Source of the DNA: Prorocentrum cordatum
Taxonomy: Eukaryota
Direction of reading: 5' to 3'
Length of the DNA stretch: 56,650 nucleotides
Assembly (NCBI GenBank): GCA_963575745.1
Contig: CAUYUJ010000077.1
Coordinates: 62,001-118,650, forward strand
Shown: positions 11,801 through 20,194 of the stretch, one piece after another
How the letters are laid out: the number at the start of each line of letters is the position of its first letter
Position numbering within the stretch: position 1 is the first letter of the stretch
Made by a program: the position numbers and the translations under genes
The notes under the pieces: model-generated
What the model was told of the DNA's origin: nothing
What the model saw: only the letters and a program-made list of their open reading frames with translations
Databases searched by the model: none

Positions 11801-12510
11801 TCTGGCTCCTTCAGGTCACCATACCTCCAAATACCCTTCCATTCACTTTCGAGGGCCTCAATCTGGTCCATCGCTCCTCCTGGGGTTCCATCAGGGCCTG
11901 GCTCATCTGTGATCCATTCATTCGGGACCTTCACCCACCTGTGAACCATACTCCCCCCGTTTGACACCGCCTCTGAAGCCCAAGATCTCCACTTCTTTTG
12001 ACGCTGCCTGACCCAAGAAGCCTCCTCAGACTGGATCAGCTTGCTCAAATCAAACAAGGCGTCCCTGATAGAGTCCGCCTCGTACCCTCTGAAACTAAAA
12101 TGACATGCACGCCGCTCCCGCCAGCCTGAAGAGTGCCAGAGTAACTCGGGAGCCTTCTGAAGCTTTCGGTTGATTTCACATACCTGCATGTCATCATCGT
12201 CGTATCCCTTACGCTTGAGGTGCCCCAACTCTTCAAGGCGTGTGTGGAACTTCCGCATCGCTCTAGATACTGGCGACCCGAGAGGATGTGGCCCGCCAAC
12301 CTTGGAGCCCGACAGCTCCAGCTGGTACGTGTCCGCGAGCTCTAGCTCGGCTGCCTGACAAAATGATGCATAAGCCTGCGAGACCTGAGCTTGCGTGACT
12401 GCTGGTTCACGAACCAGCTGCTCAACCTGAATCTGAATGCCTTCCCACCATCCTGGTGGGGCTGGCGCTGGGCCGATCGGAAGATCAGGGAACCTCTTGG
12501 GTGTCCACAA
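8833..12510 (-). CDS. ORF2 main part: reverse transcriptase, CCHC zinc knuckle, RNase H and Cys-rich C-terminus (1225 codons, out of frame with APE)
   Basis: RT motifs KPEGGRRPIGI, LIDLEKAYERV, IVAGCSFA, MVDD (11056-11067), KSLGV. Knuckle CRWC..HRLWGC. RNase H (~9365-9825) VDGS, SAEL, TDC, KIAAH, GNRLADEWAK with the full catalytic set. C-terminal CCVC/HPTH/CSAC. Confidence 0.95.
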   Translation of the reverse strand: MWTPKRFPDLPIGPAPAPPGWWEGIQIQVEQLVREPAVTQAQVSQAYASFCQAAELELADTYQLELSGSKVGGPHPLGSPVSRAMRKFHTRLEELGHLKRKGYDDDDMQVCEINRKLQKAPELLWHSSGWRERRACHFSFRGYEADSIRDALFDLSKLIQSEEASWVRQRQKKWRSWASEAVSNGGSMVHRWVKVPNEWITDEPGPDGTPGGAMDQIEALESEWKGIWRYGDLKEPEADFLQSLSMDDPPEPPEPQELRRVLGKFKRRTTVGACRWPPALLKSLSDEGLRVFGLLLHMWEKFVCLPEQIALLILPFLQKPEGGRRPIGILPTPVRVLGRLRHREAERWEEANHKEYMYGGKGRSCEMAVWRQANNNEAAIASKFLSACTLIDLEKAYERVTHQLLLRSCRRHGFSIRRIRVLLLVYGGPRSIKVGEALSLPFAVNSSIVAGCSFATTLLKIVLKDVCDGFMSRWPRLGLALMVDDSTIQALGSEQFVKKALVSGTLQFCRGLEALEMKVSRKKCILVASDIKVGRSLQHSLREFSFKYVPAAKSLGVDFKLAFNKGRQVTNKRIAIVRGRVRRYRAFRFSKKPIQQVFRGGGTPAAMYGVGVVGMSSTALQKQRATTAAALFGPAKGRCRAVQFLLAEVPQVDPSFLANALPLMMWCKAIFLQWSSEAQMQTAFDKAKRDAARGWSGVIGPAGAVVQTLNRLGWTGTSWCSWVTSSGLRLDLRELGPRAVKALVDDTTEQLSLKKVSEFYDLSWEPFLEPIRGVIAEQRKRGDHLGISLLIAQVSGGLWTQKDLFKQRYSLDPLCRWCKAREGSVHHRLWGCDGSWLLRRDLDPGGRLLQQGINAQADLRWTRALVPSDRESIPKILHGAEFKWAHPPHRDGTLGPYVCVDGSGFDNDYRWLVRAGWAVASVSSMLEVEAIAYGPSPLPVQDVPSAELFAFFMALSLMGPTIAICTDCQMVVEGWEAGEAGTTHPNKAYAELWRQIWRRVVDVGRENVQVVKIAAHQSRRAAFNHGVPPHFFHGNRLADEWAKKGAKAHPMNFHVRDRIRFHHDQVTLLARFLTEVLKHVHKLGYPDVEAIKERRQRTHVNSEAPLLEIVPDDKGHQTSQVPGGWGCCVCGIGRVARSRLVQLPCPGIPVVFQKAHPTHRLWANGPVLWCSACGVYAQQQVKDLAERCAARTVGEWKKRSLRLLKQGKNPSAPKAEAVVPVPLHR

Positions 12511-13206
12511 AAACTGATCTGAACCAGATTAGTGCTAGTCCTGATCGACATTCTGATGGGGTAGTGGGTGGACAACTCAGACCCTTCCAATCGATCGCAG
12601 CGCCAAACACAGGGCACTAAGCTCGCCGACACAATGAAGAAGTCAATCTCGCGCCAATCCTTGCCCACTCTGCACGTAGGCTTGCCAGTCAGAATTATGA
12701 CCCCGTCGATTTTCTCTAGTGAACCAGTGCCTCTCACCTCAGATTCCAGAGCGTTGAAGTCGCCGCCAATGACGAACAGCTTTCCCATGGAGAACAGAAA
12801 CTCCCCAACCTGGAAAAGAATGCGACGGCCCTCGGCACCTACACCATCCCCGCTCGGGAGGTAAACACTGGCAGCGTGGAAACCTCCCGCGACACAACCT
12901 CCGACCCAAGCCACGACGGCCCTGGAATGAGGTCGCGGCTCCAAGGGATTGCTGCCCATGCCTACCCCCTTGCGGACGGCCAAACCTACCCCTGCTGATA
13001 AACCTTCAGACTGGGTCACATCACAGGTTCCAAAACGAACACTCCATCCTACCTTGGCCAAGGTGTTCGACGCCTGTGCGGTGTCGCCTACCTTGACCTT
13101 CGTCTCTTGAAGGAAACAAACCTTCGACTGACATTCGGCCTCTAAAAAAGACTGGCACCGTGGCCAGCTTGTGACGTTAGCTGAGACAAAATCCCAACTC
13201 AGGCCG
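12511..13206 (-). CDS. ORF2 N-terminal part: apurinic/apyrimidinic-like (EEP) endonuclease domain
   Basis: C-terminal part of track ORF 12342..14552. APE motifs occur in order: SANVTS, FLQETK, SVYLP, GGDFN (12753-12767), PTC, IDFFIVS, STH (variant of SDH, 12564-12572). Confidence 0.9.
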
Positions 13207-14442
13207 TCAGGAGCCGCACGAGCGCGTCGGTGACCTGCTGCGGTTGCCCCTCTTGCCAGCCTCCTCTCTCTCCTTCTCCATCTGCTCTTTGACTTTGTCC
13301 AGCACGGAAGAGACACACTGCTGCGCCCGTTCATCGCCATGGAACTCCGAACGTAGTCCATCTCCCACTCGGGCGAGGGCGTTGTCGGCTCCCTCCATGT
13401 GTTCGTCCTGCTGGTCCTCGTCGATCTCGATGTCCGTTGCGTGCCCTCCACTGCCTCGGCCGCGAGCAGCATCAGCACGAGCTGCACGGCGACTCTCAGC
13501 ACTGGCGGCATTCTCCACTTCACCACGCCTTTCCCGCTTCGCCCTCGGCTGGCCGCCCCCAGCGGGCCCTGGGCTGCCTGGGGCTGCGCCGCCAGCGGCT
13601 GTGGCGGCGGCCGCGGCAGAGGGCACCTTCGCCTCCGCCGCTGCCACCGCCGCCTCCAGCGTCTCGCGCATCGTGTCGAAGGCCTTGCGCAAGCCCTCGC
13701 CCGCCTCCCCCTCGGGGAGGGCTCCGACGAAGGCGTCGAGCGCCTGCTGCAGGGGCTGGGCGAGAGACACTGGCGGCGCCGCCCGCCCCTCGCCCGCACC
13801 ACCCTGCGCGCCCAGCGATAGCCCGCGGGCCTTCGCGTCCTCGAGCTGCTTCTGGACGGTGTCCAGCTCCTCCTGCGCAACGATGGCGGCCTTGACCGCC
13901 TCCTCGGCCTTCGACTGCATGCGCGCCACCTTCTGCTTGAGGTGCACCATCTGCTGGCTGTACTTCCCAATGAGCGTGTTGATCTGCGCGGCCTCCGCCT
14001 TGGCCCCAGAGAGGCCATAGTTCTGGAGCGCGCGCTGGAGCATGAGTGAATCCCTCTGGTGTCGTGGGATGGACTGCGAGGCAAGCGCGAACTGCTCCTC
14101 CGAGAGATTGAGCCACAAAGACTTCTCCTCGGCCGTGAGCTCACGCTTGGGAGGGGGAGACGCCTTGCCTCCTCCCCCCGCACCTCCACCGCCACCACCT
14201 CCTTTCCCTCTGAAGCCGTTCTCCTTGCCGCCGCCGCCTCCAGGGATGAAGGCTCCGCCGCCTTTACCCCCTTTGCCGCCGCCGCCGAACCCACCCATGC
14301 CCCACCACGGATTTCCCCAGGAGAACTGGACCTGCGGGATGGGGCCTTGAGGGTTCCGTCCGTTGCAGCCTGCCTGCTTGCAAGTGCCACGGTGCCCGAA
14401 GTTGTGGAAGCCACAGGTCCCGCACGTCCACGCCGGCGCCAT
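13207..14442 (-). CDS. Retrotransposon ORF1 (411 aa): RanBP2-like zinc finger, Gly/Lys-rich segment, predicted coiled coil, basic RS-like tail
   Basis: ATG start. WTCGTCGFHNFGHRGTCKQAGC resembles the RanBP2 pattern W-x-C-x2-C-x3-N-x6-C. It is followed by GGKGGKGG repeats and a helical Q/K/E/A-rich middle. Its position upstream of APE/RT is typical of a LINE ORF1. Confidence 0.85.
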   Translation of the reverse strand: MAPAWTCGTCGFHNFGHRGTCKQAGCNGRNPQGPIPQVQFSWGNPWWGMGGFGGGGKGGKGGGAFIPGGGGGKENGFRGKGGGGGGGAGGGGKASPPPKRELTAEEKSLWLNLSEEQFALASQSIPRHQRDSLMLQRALQNYGLSGAKAEAAQINTLIGKYSQQMVHLKQKVARMQSKAEEAVKAAIVAQEELDTVQKQLEDAKARGLSLGAQGGAGEGRAAPPVSLAQPLQQALDAFVGALPEGEAGEGLRKAFDTMRETLEAAVAAAEAKVPSAAAAATAAGGAAPGSPGPAGGGQPRAKRERRGEVENAASAESRRAARADAARGRGSGGHATDIEIDEDQQDEHMEGADNALARVGDGLRSEFHGDERAQQCVSSVLDKVKEQMEKEREEAGKRGNRSRSPTRSCGS

Positions 14443-14610
14443 GACCGCGTCTCAGCACGAAGGGACCTCGCTCGCAAATCACGGCGGCTCGGGCAGCTCG
14501 CCGTGGGTACGAAGAAAAACCTCGGCCTCCTGACGGCCTCGAGAGTGGCCACGGAGTGCCAAGGCTAATCGCTGATTCTCGGGCGTCTATAGCCCTTCAC
14601 AACGTTTAAC

Positions 14611-14632
14611 CTTGAGCCAAAATGGCTACGGA
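14611..14632 (-). other. Dinoflagellate spliced-leader sequence, copy 1 (5' end of the retrotransposon)
   Basis: Plus-strand cttgagccaaaatggctacgga is the reverse complement of TCCGTAGCCATTTTGGCTCAAG, a 22/22 match to the DinoSL consensus DCCGTAGCCATTTTGGCTCAAG. Confidence 0.97.
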
Positions 14633-16173
14633 TCCTCCTCCTCCTCCTCCTCCTCCTCCTCCTCCTCCTGCCCCTGCCCCTCCTCCTCCTCCTCCTCCTC
14701 CTCCTCCCCCTCCTCCCCCCCCCCCTCCTCCCCCTCCTCCCCCTCCTCCCCCTCCTGCTCCCCACCTGGCAGGGAACTTTTGCTCCGCGTGTCGCGGCGG
14801 CGGCCCCAGCCACACCTCCCCCCACGGCGCGCCGCCGACCCCCCCCCCCTCTGCGATCGAAGGCAACTCACGGAAGCGTTGGGTCGTCCCCACGGCGCTC
14901 CACAGCTCGCCCAAGCGCGCGGAAAGCGGACATCGTGCAGCTCCCTCACACTCGCCATCGCTCGGACGTCCATTCCCCGTGCATTTCTCGACTTCGTGCG
15001 TGTAGGGTTCACTAGATGATTAAGAATGCCCCTCGATGGTCGCCGCCAAGAAAAATGCACACGTCCGAACGATGCCAAGCACATGGCGCCAAAGCGGAAA
15101 TCGTGCATCTCCCTCCCATGGCGTTCCTGATCGCTAGTGGTGCGTTATGCGAGCGCTGTTTGGTGCCATTGGAAGCGTTCCCGCGCTGTGTGGCTGCATT
15201 GGGCGCTATTTGCAGATATGAACACACAATCATAATCGAGAAGCAACTTCCGCGAGTTACCATCTAAATTAGCGGCGCGCACTAGAGGGTAGGGGGAGGG
15301 GGGAGGCTTCTTGCAAGCACCCTGGTTCTCAGCCCTGGCTCGCGCCTTCTAAGACGCAGGGGTGCTTCTATGAAGCCTTCGCCCCTCTCCCTCCCCTCTG
15401 CGCGCGACCGAACATCGGCGATGCACCTCGGAGAAGAAACACGGACCACCAGCATTCAAGGAGGAAACCGACTACAAAATTGATTGGCCCACCCCTTGTC
15501 CCTTGTAACTGTTCCGTCGAGTTCAACCAGAAACACGTCGCATGCTCGTAGATAGATCTACAAACATGTTACGCACTTCTCTTGGCCTCGACGAAAAACG
15601 TTCGGGGTGAATCAAGTATGTAGTCGATCCCCTACTCGAGGCACCGAGGACCCAGCAGCGGGGGGGCGACCCTTGGGCGGTGGCAGGCCCGAGCGTCACC
15701 CCAGCACTGGATGACGCTCAGGCGTGCCACCGCCCCGGGGCCGGTCCCTCACCAGTGGGTTCTCGGTGGCGATGGCCCGCGCTCCTCCTCGGAGGACTGG
15801 CGACGTCGGCAATTCATCGGCGCCGTCGGCGTGGAGAAGATCGGGCTCCACATCGAGCCGCATCGGCGATGCATCGGCAACGCGGCGCGATCCTCCGACC
15901 ACGTCTACTCGGGGCCCTCATCCAGGAGGTCTGGAGCCACAACGAGGAGCATCCAATCGGCACGCCCGATAGGGGTACAGAAAAGTGTGCACGACGCCCA
16001 TCAGCTCATGTGGTCGAAAACTGACAGCAGCCGCTGTTGGGAGAGGGGCCTTTCTGTCTTCAATGGACAACGCCCGCGGCGGCGCCGACAACGAGTCCTG
16101 CTCAAAATCGGGGGAAACTGCTGTCCCCGTTCTCTCCGTACCGATTTCGATCGGTCCCCAGACCCAGGAAGAA

Positions 16174-16336
16174 GCCAGGACGGGGATAAGTTCGGGTGAA
16201 GATGACTCGAAGGTCTCTGAGCTCCGGCGGCTCTGGAGCAGCACCTGTCGGGCGCCGCGGCCCTCTCGGAGCGCCCCAAGACGCCCCGAGAGCGCTCTGG
16301 AGCGCTCTGTAAGTAAGGGTTGATCCTCGTCCTGGC
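16174..16336. mobile_element. ~160-bp TIR element (gccaggacg(a/g)ggataa...ttatcctcgtcctggc); second copy 39591-39749
   Basis: ~16-bp terminal inverted repeats and shared internal tctctgag(c/a)tccggcggctctggag. Confidence 0.7.
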
Positions 16337-16423
16337 CCCGTCCAAAGACCCCTCCCGCTTCGAGCTGCGTCCAGCCGTGGCGACGAGGGGGGCCCCCCCA
16401 AGGCCAGGTCTGCCATTGTCTCC

Positions 16424-17530
16424 CGCCTCCTCCTCCTCCTCCTCCTCCTCCTCCGCCTCCTCCTCGGCCTGCTCCTCCTCCTCCTCCTCCTCCTCCTGCT
16501 CCTACTCCTCCTCCTCCTCCTCAAACTCCTCGTCCTCCTCCTCCTCCTCCTCCCCTCTCCTCCTCCTCCTCCTCATCCTCTCCTCCTCCTCCTCCTTCAC
16601 TCCCCCCTCTGCCCCCTCCTCCTCCTCCTCCTCCCCATCCTCCTCTCCTCCTCCTCCTCATCCTCCTCCTCCTCCTCTCCCTCTCCTCTCCTCCTCCTCC
16701 TCCTCCTCTCCTCTCCTCCTCTCCTCTCCTCCTCCTTCCCCTCCGCATCATCCTCCTCCTCCTCCTCCTCCTCCTCCTCCTCCTCCTCCATCCTCCTCCT
16801 CCTCCTCCTCCCATCCTCTCCTCCTCCTCCTCTCCTCTCCTCCTCATCCTCCTCCCCTCCTCTCCTCCTCCCCTCTCCTCCTCCCTCTCCTCCCCTCCTC
16901 CTCTCCTCCTCCTCCTCCTCCTCCTCCCTCCTCCTTCCTCCTCCTCCTCCTACTCCTCCTCCCTACCTCCTCCTCCTCTCCTCCCTCCTCCCTCCTCCTC
17001 ATCCTCCTCCTCCTCCTCCTCCTCCTATCCTCCTCTTCCTCCTCCTCCTCTCCTCCTCTCCTCCTCCTCCTCCTCCCTCCCCTCCTCCTCCCCTCTGCTC
17101 ATCCTCCTCCTCTTTCCCACCTTCTCCTCCTCCTCCTCCTCCTCTCCTCCTCTCCTCCTCCTCCTCCTCCTCCTCCTCCTCCTCCTCCTCCTCCTCCTCC
17201 TCTCCTCTCCTCCTCCTCCTTCTCCTCCTCCTCCTCCTCCTCCTCCTCTCCTCCTCCTTCCTCCTCCCCTCCTCCTCCTCCTCCTCCTCCTCCCCTCCTC
17301 CTCCTCCTCTCATTCCTCCCTGCCTTTCCTCCTACTCCTCCTCCCCCTTCCTCCTCTCCCCTCCTCCTCCGCCTCCTCCTCATCCTCCTTCCGCCTCCGC
17401 CTCCTCCGCCTCCGCTCCTCCGCCGCCGCCTCCTCCGCCTCCGCCTCCGCCTCCTCCTCCTCCTCCTCCTCCTCCTCCTCCTCCTCCTCCTCCTCCTCCT
17501 CCTCCTCCCCCTATTGCTCCTCCTCCTCCC
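16424..17530. repeat. Long degenerate (CCT)n polypyrimidine tract; shorter (CCT)n/(GGA)n tracts occur throughout the window
   Basis: Directly visible. Others at e.g. 7444-7580, 21509-21642, 23609-23732, 25191-25485, 38945-39050, 47420-47923. Confidence 0.97.
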
Positions 17531-19554
17531 CGCCCCAGTCAGTTTCCACCGCCTGGGGCCACTGTCAGGACACACAAAAACACGCCCCAGGGAGGACATT
17601 TTGTATACCTGTCCAGGGCCCTCCCCCAGCACCAAATCTTCATCCCGAATGGTTTTTGTCGAGATACTGGGGCCCGTGGAGGACCCGGGAAACCCAAAGC
17701 GGCGACAAAAACCTCGGAACCCGTCTCCCTCAGGGCACGCTTCCTTCACGGCAACGTGGGCCACACCGCCAAGCCCCCGATCGTCGCGCTCGGCCAGGTC
17801 GGTAAACTCGCCAGCCATGGTTTACAGTCGACCCGTACAAGAAGGTTGCGCGGTAAGGATACAAGGGTCTTGGAGGGCCATGTTCACATGTTCTTTCGAA
17901 CGACGAGGGCCAACGAAAGCTACCAATAATGGGCCGGAGGGAAGGAGGATGCAAGAGTAACATTGGGAAGTCGTTCATACTTCCTATGCGGGCTAACTGT
18001 AGCGGGCGAAGAACGGCAGGAAGTAAACTGCTCCGTTGTCGTGGATGCATGCCCCAGGGCGGCTGGAGAGTTTAGACCCCGCCGCGCCACCGTAGGGGTA
18101 TAAACTTTCCAGCCGCCCTGCGGCAAGCGTCTGGAGGCGCGCACAAGGGAATAGGGGGAGGGGTCAAGCTCCTGAGCTGCTCCTAAAAATAGGACGAGAA
18201 GAATCTATTGACACAACGTGCTATTGATACGTTCCACGGATTCTGGGATTTCTAACAACCTTCGCGCGGGGTCCATTTTGCGTCGAGTATTGTATATTCT
18301 GGCTGGCGCCCCTGGTCGGTCACCCATTCGCAATCGAGTGGTCGCCCGTGGGGGGCTATTTGGCACTTGATGATCCCCGCTCTCGTTGCCGAGCGCGGGG
18401 GGGGCGGCGGCACACCGTCCCATCGCCCGCCGCCAGGCACCGCGCGCCTCGGCGGATTTCCAAAGACCTGGTGTGGCAAATCACGCGCGATTCTGGAAAT
18501 TCTCCAAGGGTAAATTTGAAAACTCTGGGAACGTTGTTGAACATGTCCGGCCTACTTTTTGAAAAATAACAGAATCATTTTTGGAAAATTCTGGTGTCGA
18601 TTTTGAGAAAATCCAGAACCCGTTTTGACAAATTCTGGATTTCAGAATTCTTCAGATGTCCTGCGCGGCGGACGCATTCCACCCCTCAGAACTGGTTTTT
18701 GAAAATTTCCGGGCTCCTTTTTGAAAAATTCCGGAACCGCTCGCGCCAGAAAAACGGGGACGTTTTCTGAAACATTCTCCACTCCAGAAATAATTTCCGG
18801 GCGGTCCGACGGGCGCGGCCGGATGATTCACGCACCGCGCCGCGCGCGATTGGGCGCTGCGCGCGCCGCGCGTTGCGCCCGCGAACAGCACTCGAAGGGG
18901 TCACCTCGGAAAACAGCGCCACGGCAGCTGCGACTCGCGGACTCCCCACGAGCAACACAGCATACAGCTCGGCATCTCCGAGGGCGCTCCGGTGCGCGAA
19001 AAATGCACCGCGCACATCGCGCAAAGAACCTGCGCGACGGAATGCGCTCGACCATTCGTCCCTGTAGCCCGCGCGGAAGAACAGGAAAACATGGAAATCT
19101 TAAAAACACTCAATATCAATACTTCATGCTCCTCTGAAAAAAGGCGTCCACTTCCCCCTCTGCGCGTGGCTGAAACGTCCCGACGGCGGAGACTTCAATC
19201 CACAATTACTGTTCCTCATTCGCTGCGCGCCCCCCCCCCCGCGCACCACCGCAAGGACAGGAGAGCCCTGAATCGAATCGATGAGTCGGATGGGTGATCG
19301 AAATTAAGGGAATCGGTACAAATCGGCAGCCGAGTCGGGAGAAGTCGAATCGGCGGAAACTGGCAGCCGAGTACGCCTCTAGTGAGAAATCGGAATCTGA
19401 ATCGGAGTCCCAAGTCGAATCGAATCGGAATCGGAAACCACCGAAGTCGAATTGAATCGAATCGGAGGCATCGACACGAGCCCCGAGAAGAGGCGAGGTG
19501 AGAGAAGGACGCCTGCTCAGAAGACGGCACAGACTTCTCTCAGAAGCCCTACTG

Positions 19555-19713
19555 TTAGGTCGGGCATGTCCCCCTACAGGCGAATTTGAGACGAAAAATG
19601 AAAAGTAGTCAAAAAATACTCCCAAACGGTCAAAAGTAGTGAAAAAGCCATCCCCTGGCCATTTTTCTACTATTTTCTAATATTCCCCCTGTAGAAGGAC
19701 AGGCCCGACTCAG
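19555..19713. mobile_element. Foldback MITE family A, copy 1 (ends TTA(A/G)GTCGGG...CCCGAC)
   Basis: TIR gtcgggcatgtccccctacagg / cctgtagaaggacaggcccgac. Flanks ccctactg (19547-19554) and ccctacgg (19714-19721) form a 7/8 TSD. Confidence 0.75.
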
Positions 19714-19993
19714 CCCTACGGCCTCCTGGGAAGCCTTCCGTGCCTCCGGGGAAGGCTCAGAGAACCTCTCGGAAGGCTGGAGGACTTCCGAGCCCTCCGC
19801 CGAAGAGCGCCCCCCACGGCGGAAGAGTTCATGGTCGGGCCTGGGACAGAAGAACATCCCTCGAGAACACGAGACCCTCTGCCGGCCCAAACGGAAGTGC
19901 ACTCGAAGGCGCCATTACCCAGGATGCACCGAAACATCCGATAAGCACGGAGAACAGTAGGGTTACCTTCTCCGAACCGACCTGAGTCTTATA

Positions 19994-20194
19994 TCAGCGG
20001 CGAACGAGCAGGGGAAATGAGACGGGGCGGGCCTTCTCAGAATGCAGGGAAGTCCCCCGAGCCTTCTGAGAAATCTGATAAGCCTTCCCGAAAGACGCAG
20101 AGAACCTCTCAGAAGGCGCGAGGGCTCCTAAGGAGTCCCGCCTCCCTCTGAGAAGGCCTTCTCATTCTGGCTGTCCCCCCTCGCTCGACGCCGA
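19994..20194. mobile_element. ~200-bp TIR element family (tcggcggcgagcgag...ttctcagaag core...ctcgctcgccgccga); copies 21002-21206, 31306-31535, 39365-39571 and partials
   Basis: ~45-bp imperfect TIRs. The flanks are ttata/ttata here and aaagg/aaaga at the 21002-21206 copy. Confidence 0.7.

Larger units (their letters stand above)
8770..14632 (-). mobile_element. Apparently full-length non-LTR retrotransposon (APE-RT-RNase H type) headed by a dinoflagellate spliced leader
   Basis: Minus-strand order is DinoSL (14632-14611), ~170-nt 5' UTR, ORF1, APE, RT, CCHC, RNase H, Cys-rich C-terminus, ~60-nt 3' UTR. (GAG)n tracts lie on both sides (8723-8770 and 14633-~14760). There are no LTRs. The 3' boundary is approximate because it merges with the microsatellite. 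Confidence 0.93.

Noticed and set aside
13207..14552. N-terminal ~450 codons of the 736-aa track ORF overlapping ORF1
   Set aside because: Arg/Ser-rich shadow of GC-rich ORF1 with a non-ATG start; only the part after the ORF1 stop has APE motifs.
15440..15640. IDYIL motif on the minus strand, and GDLN at ~33430 on the plus strand, suggesting APE remnants
   Set aside because: Isolated short motifs without the other endonuclease motifs in order; they could be chance.
17560..19470. Lower-GC block with ttttgaaaatt and (GAATC)n repeats, possibly a large mobile element
   Set aside because: I could not define termini, a TSD or a recognisable ORF.
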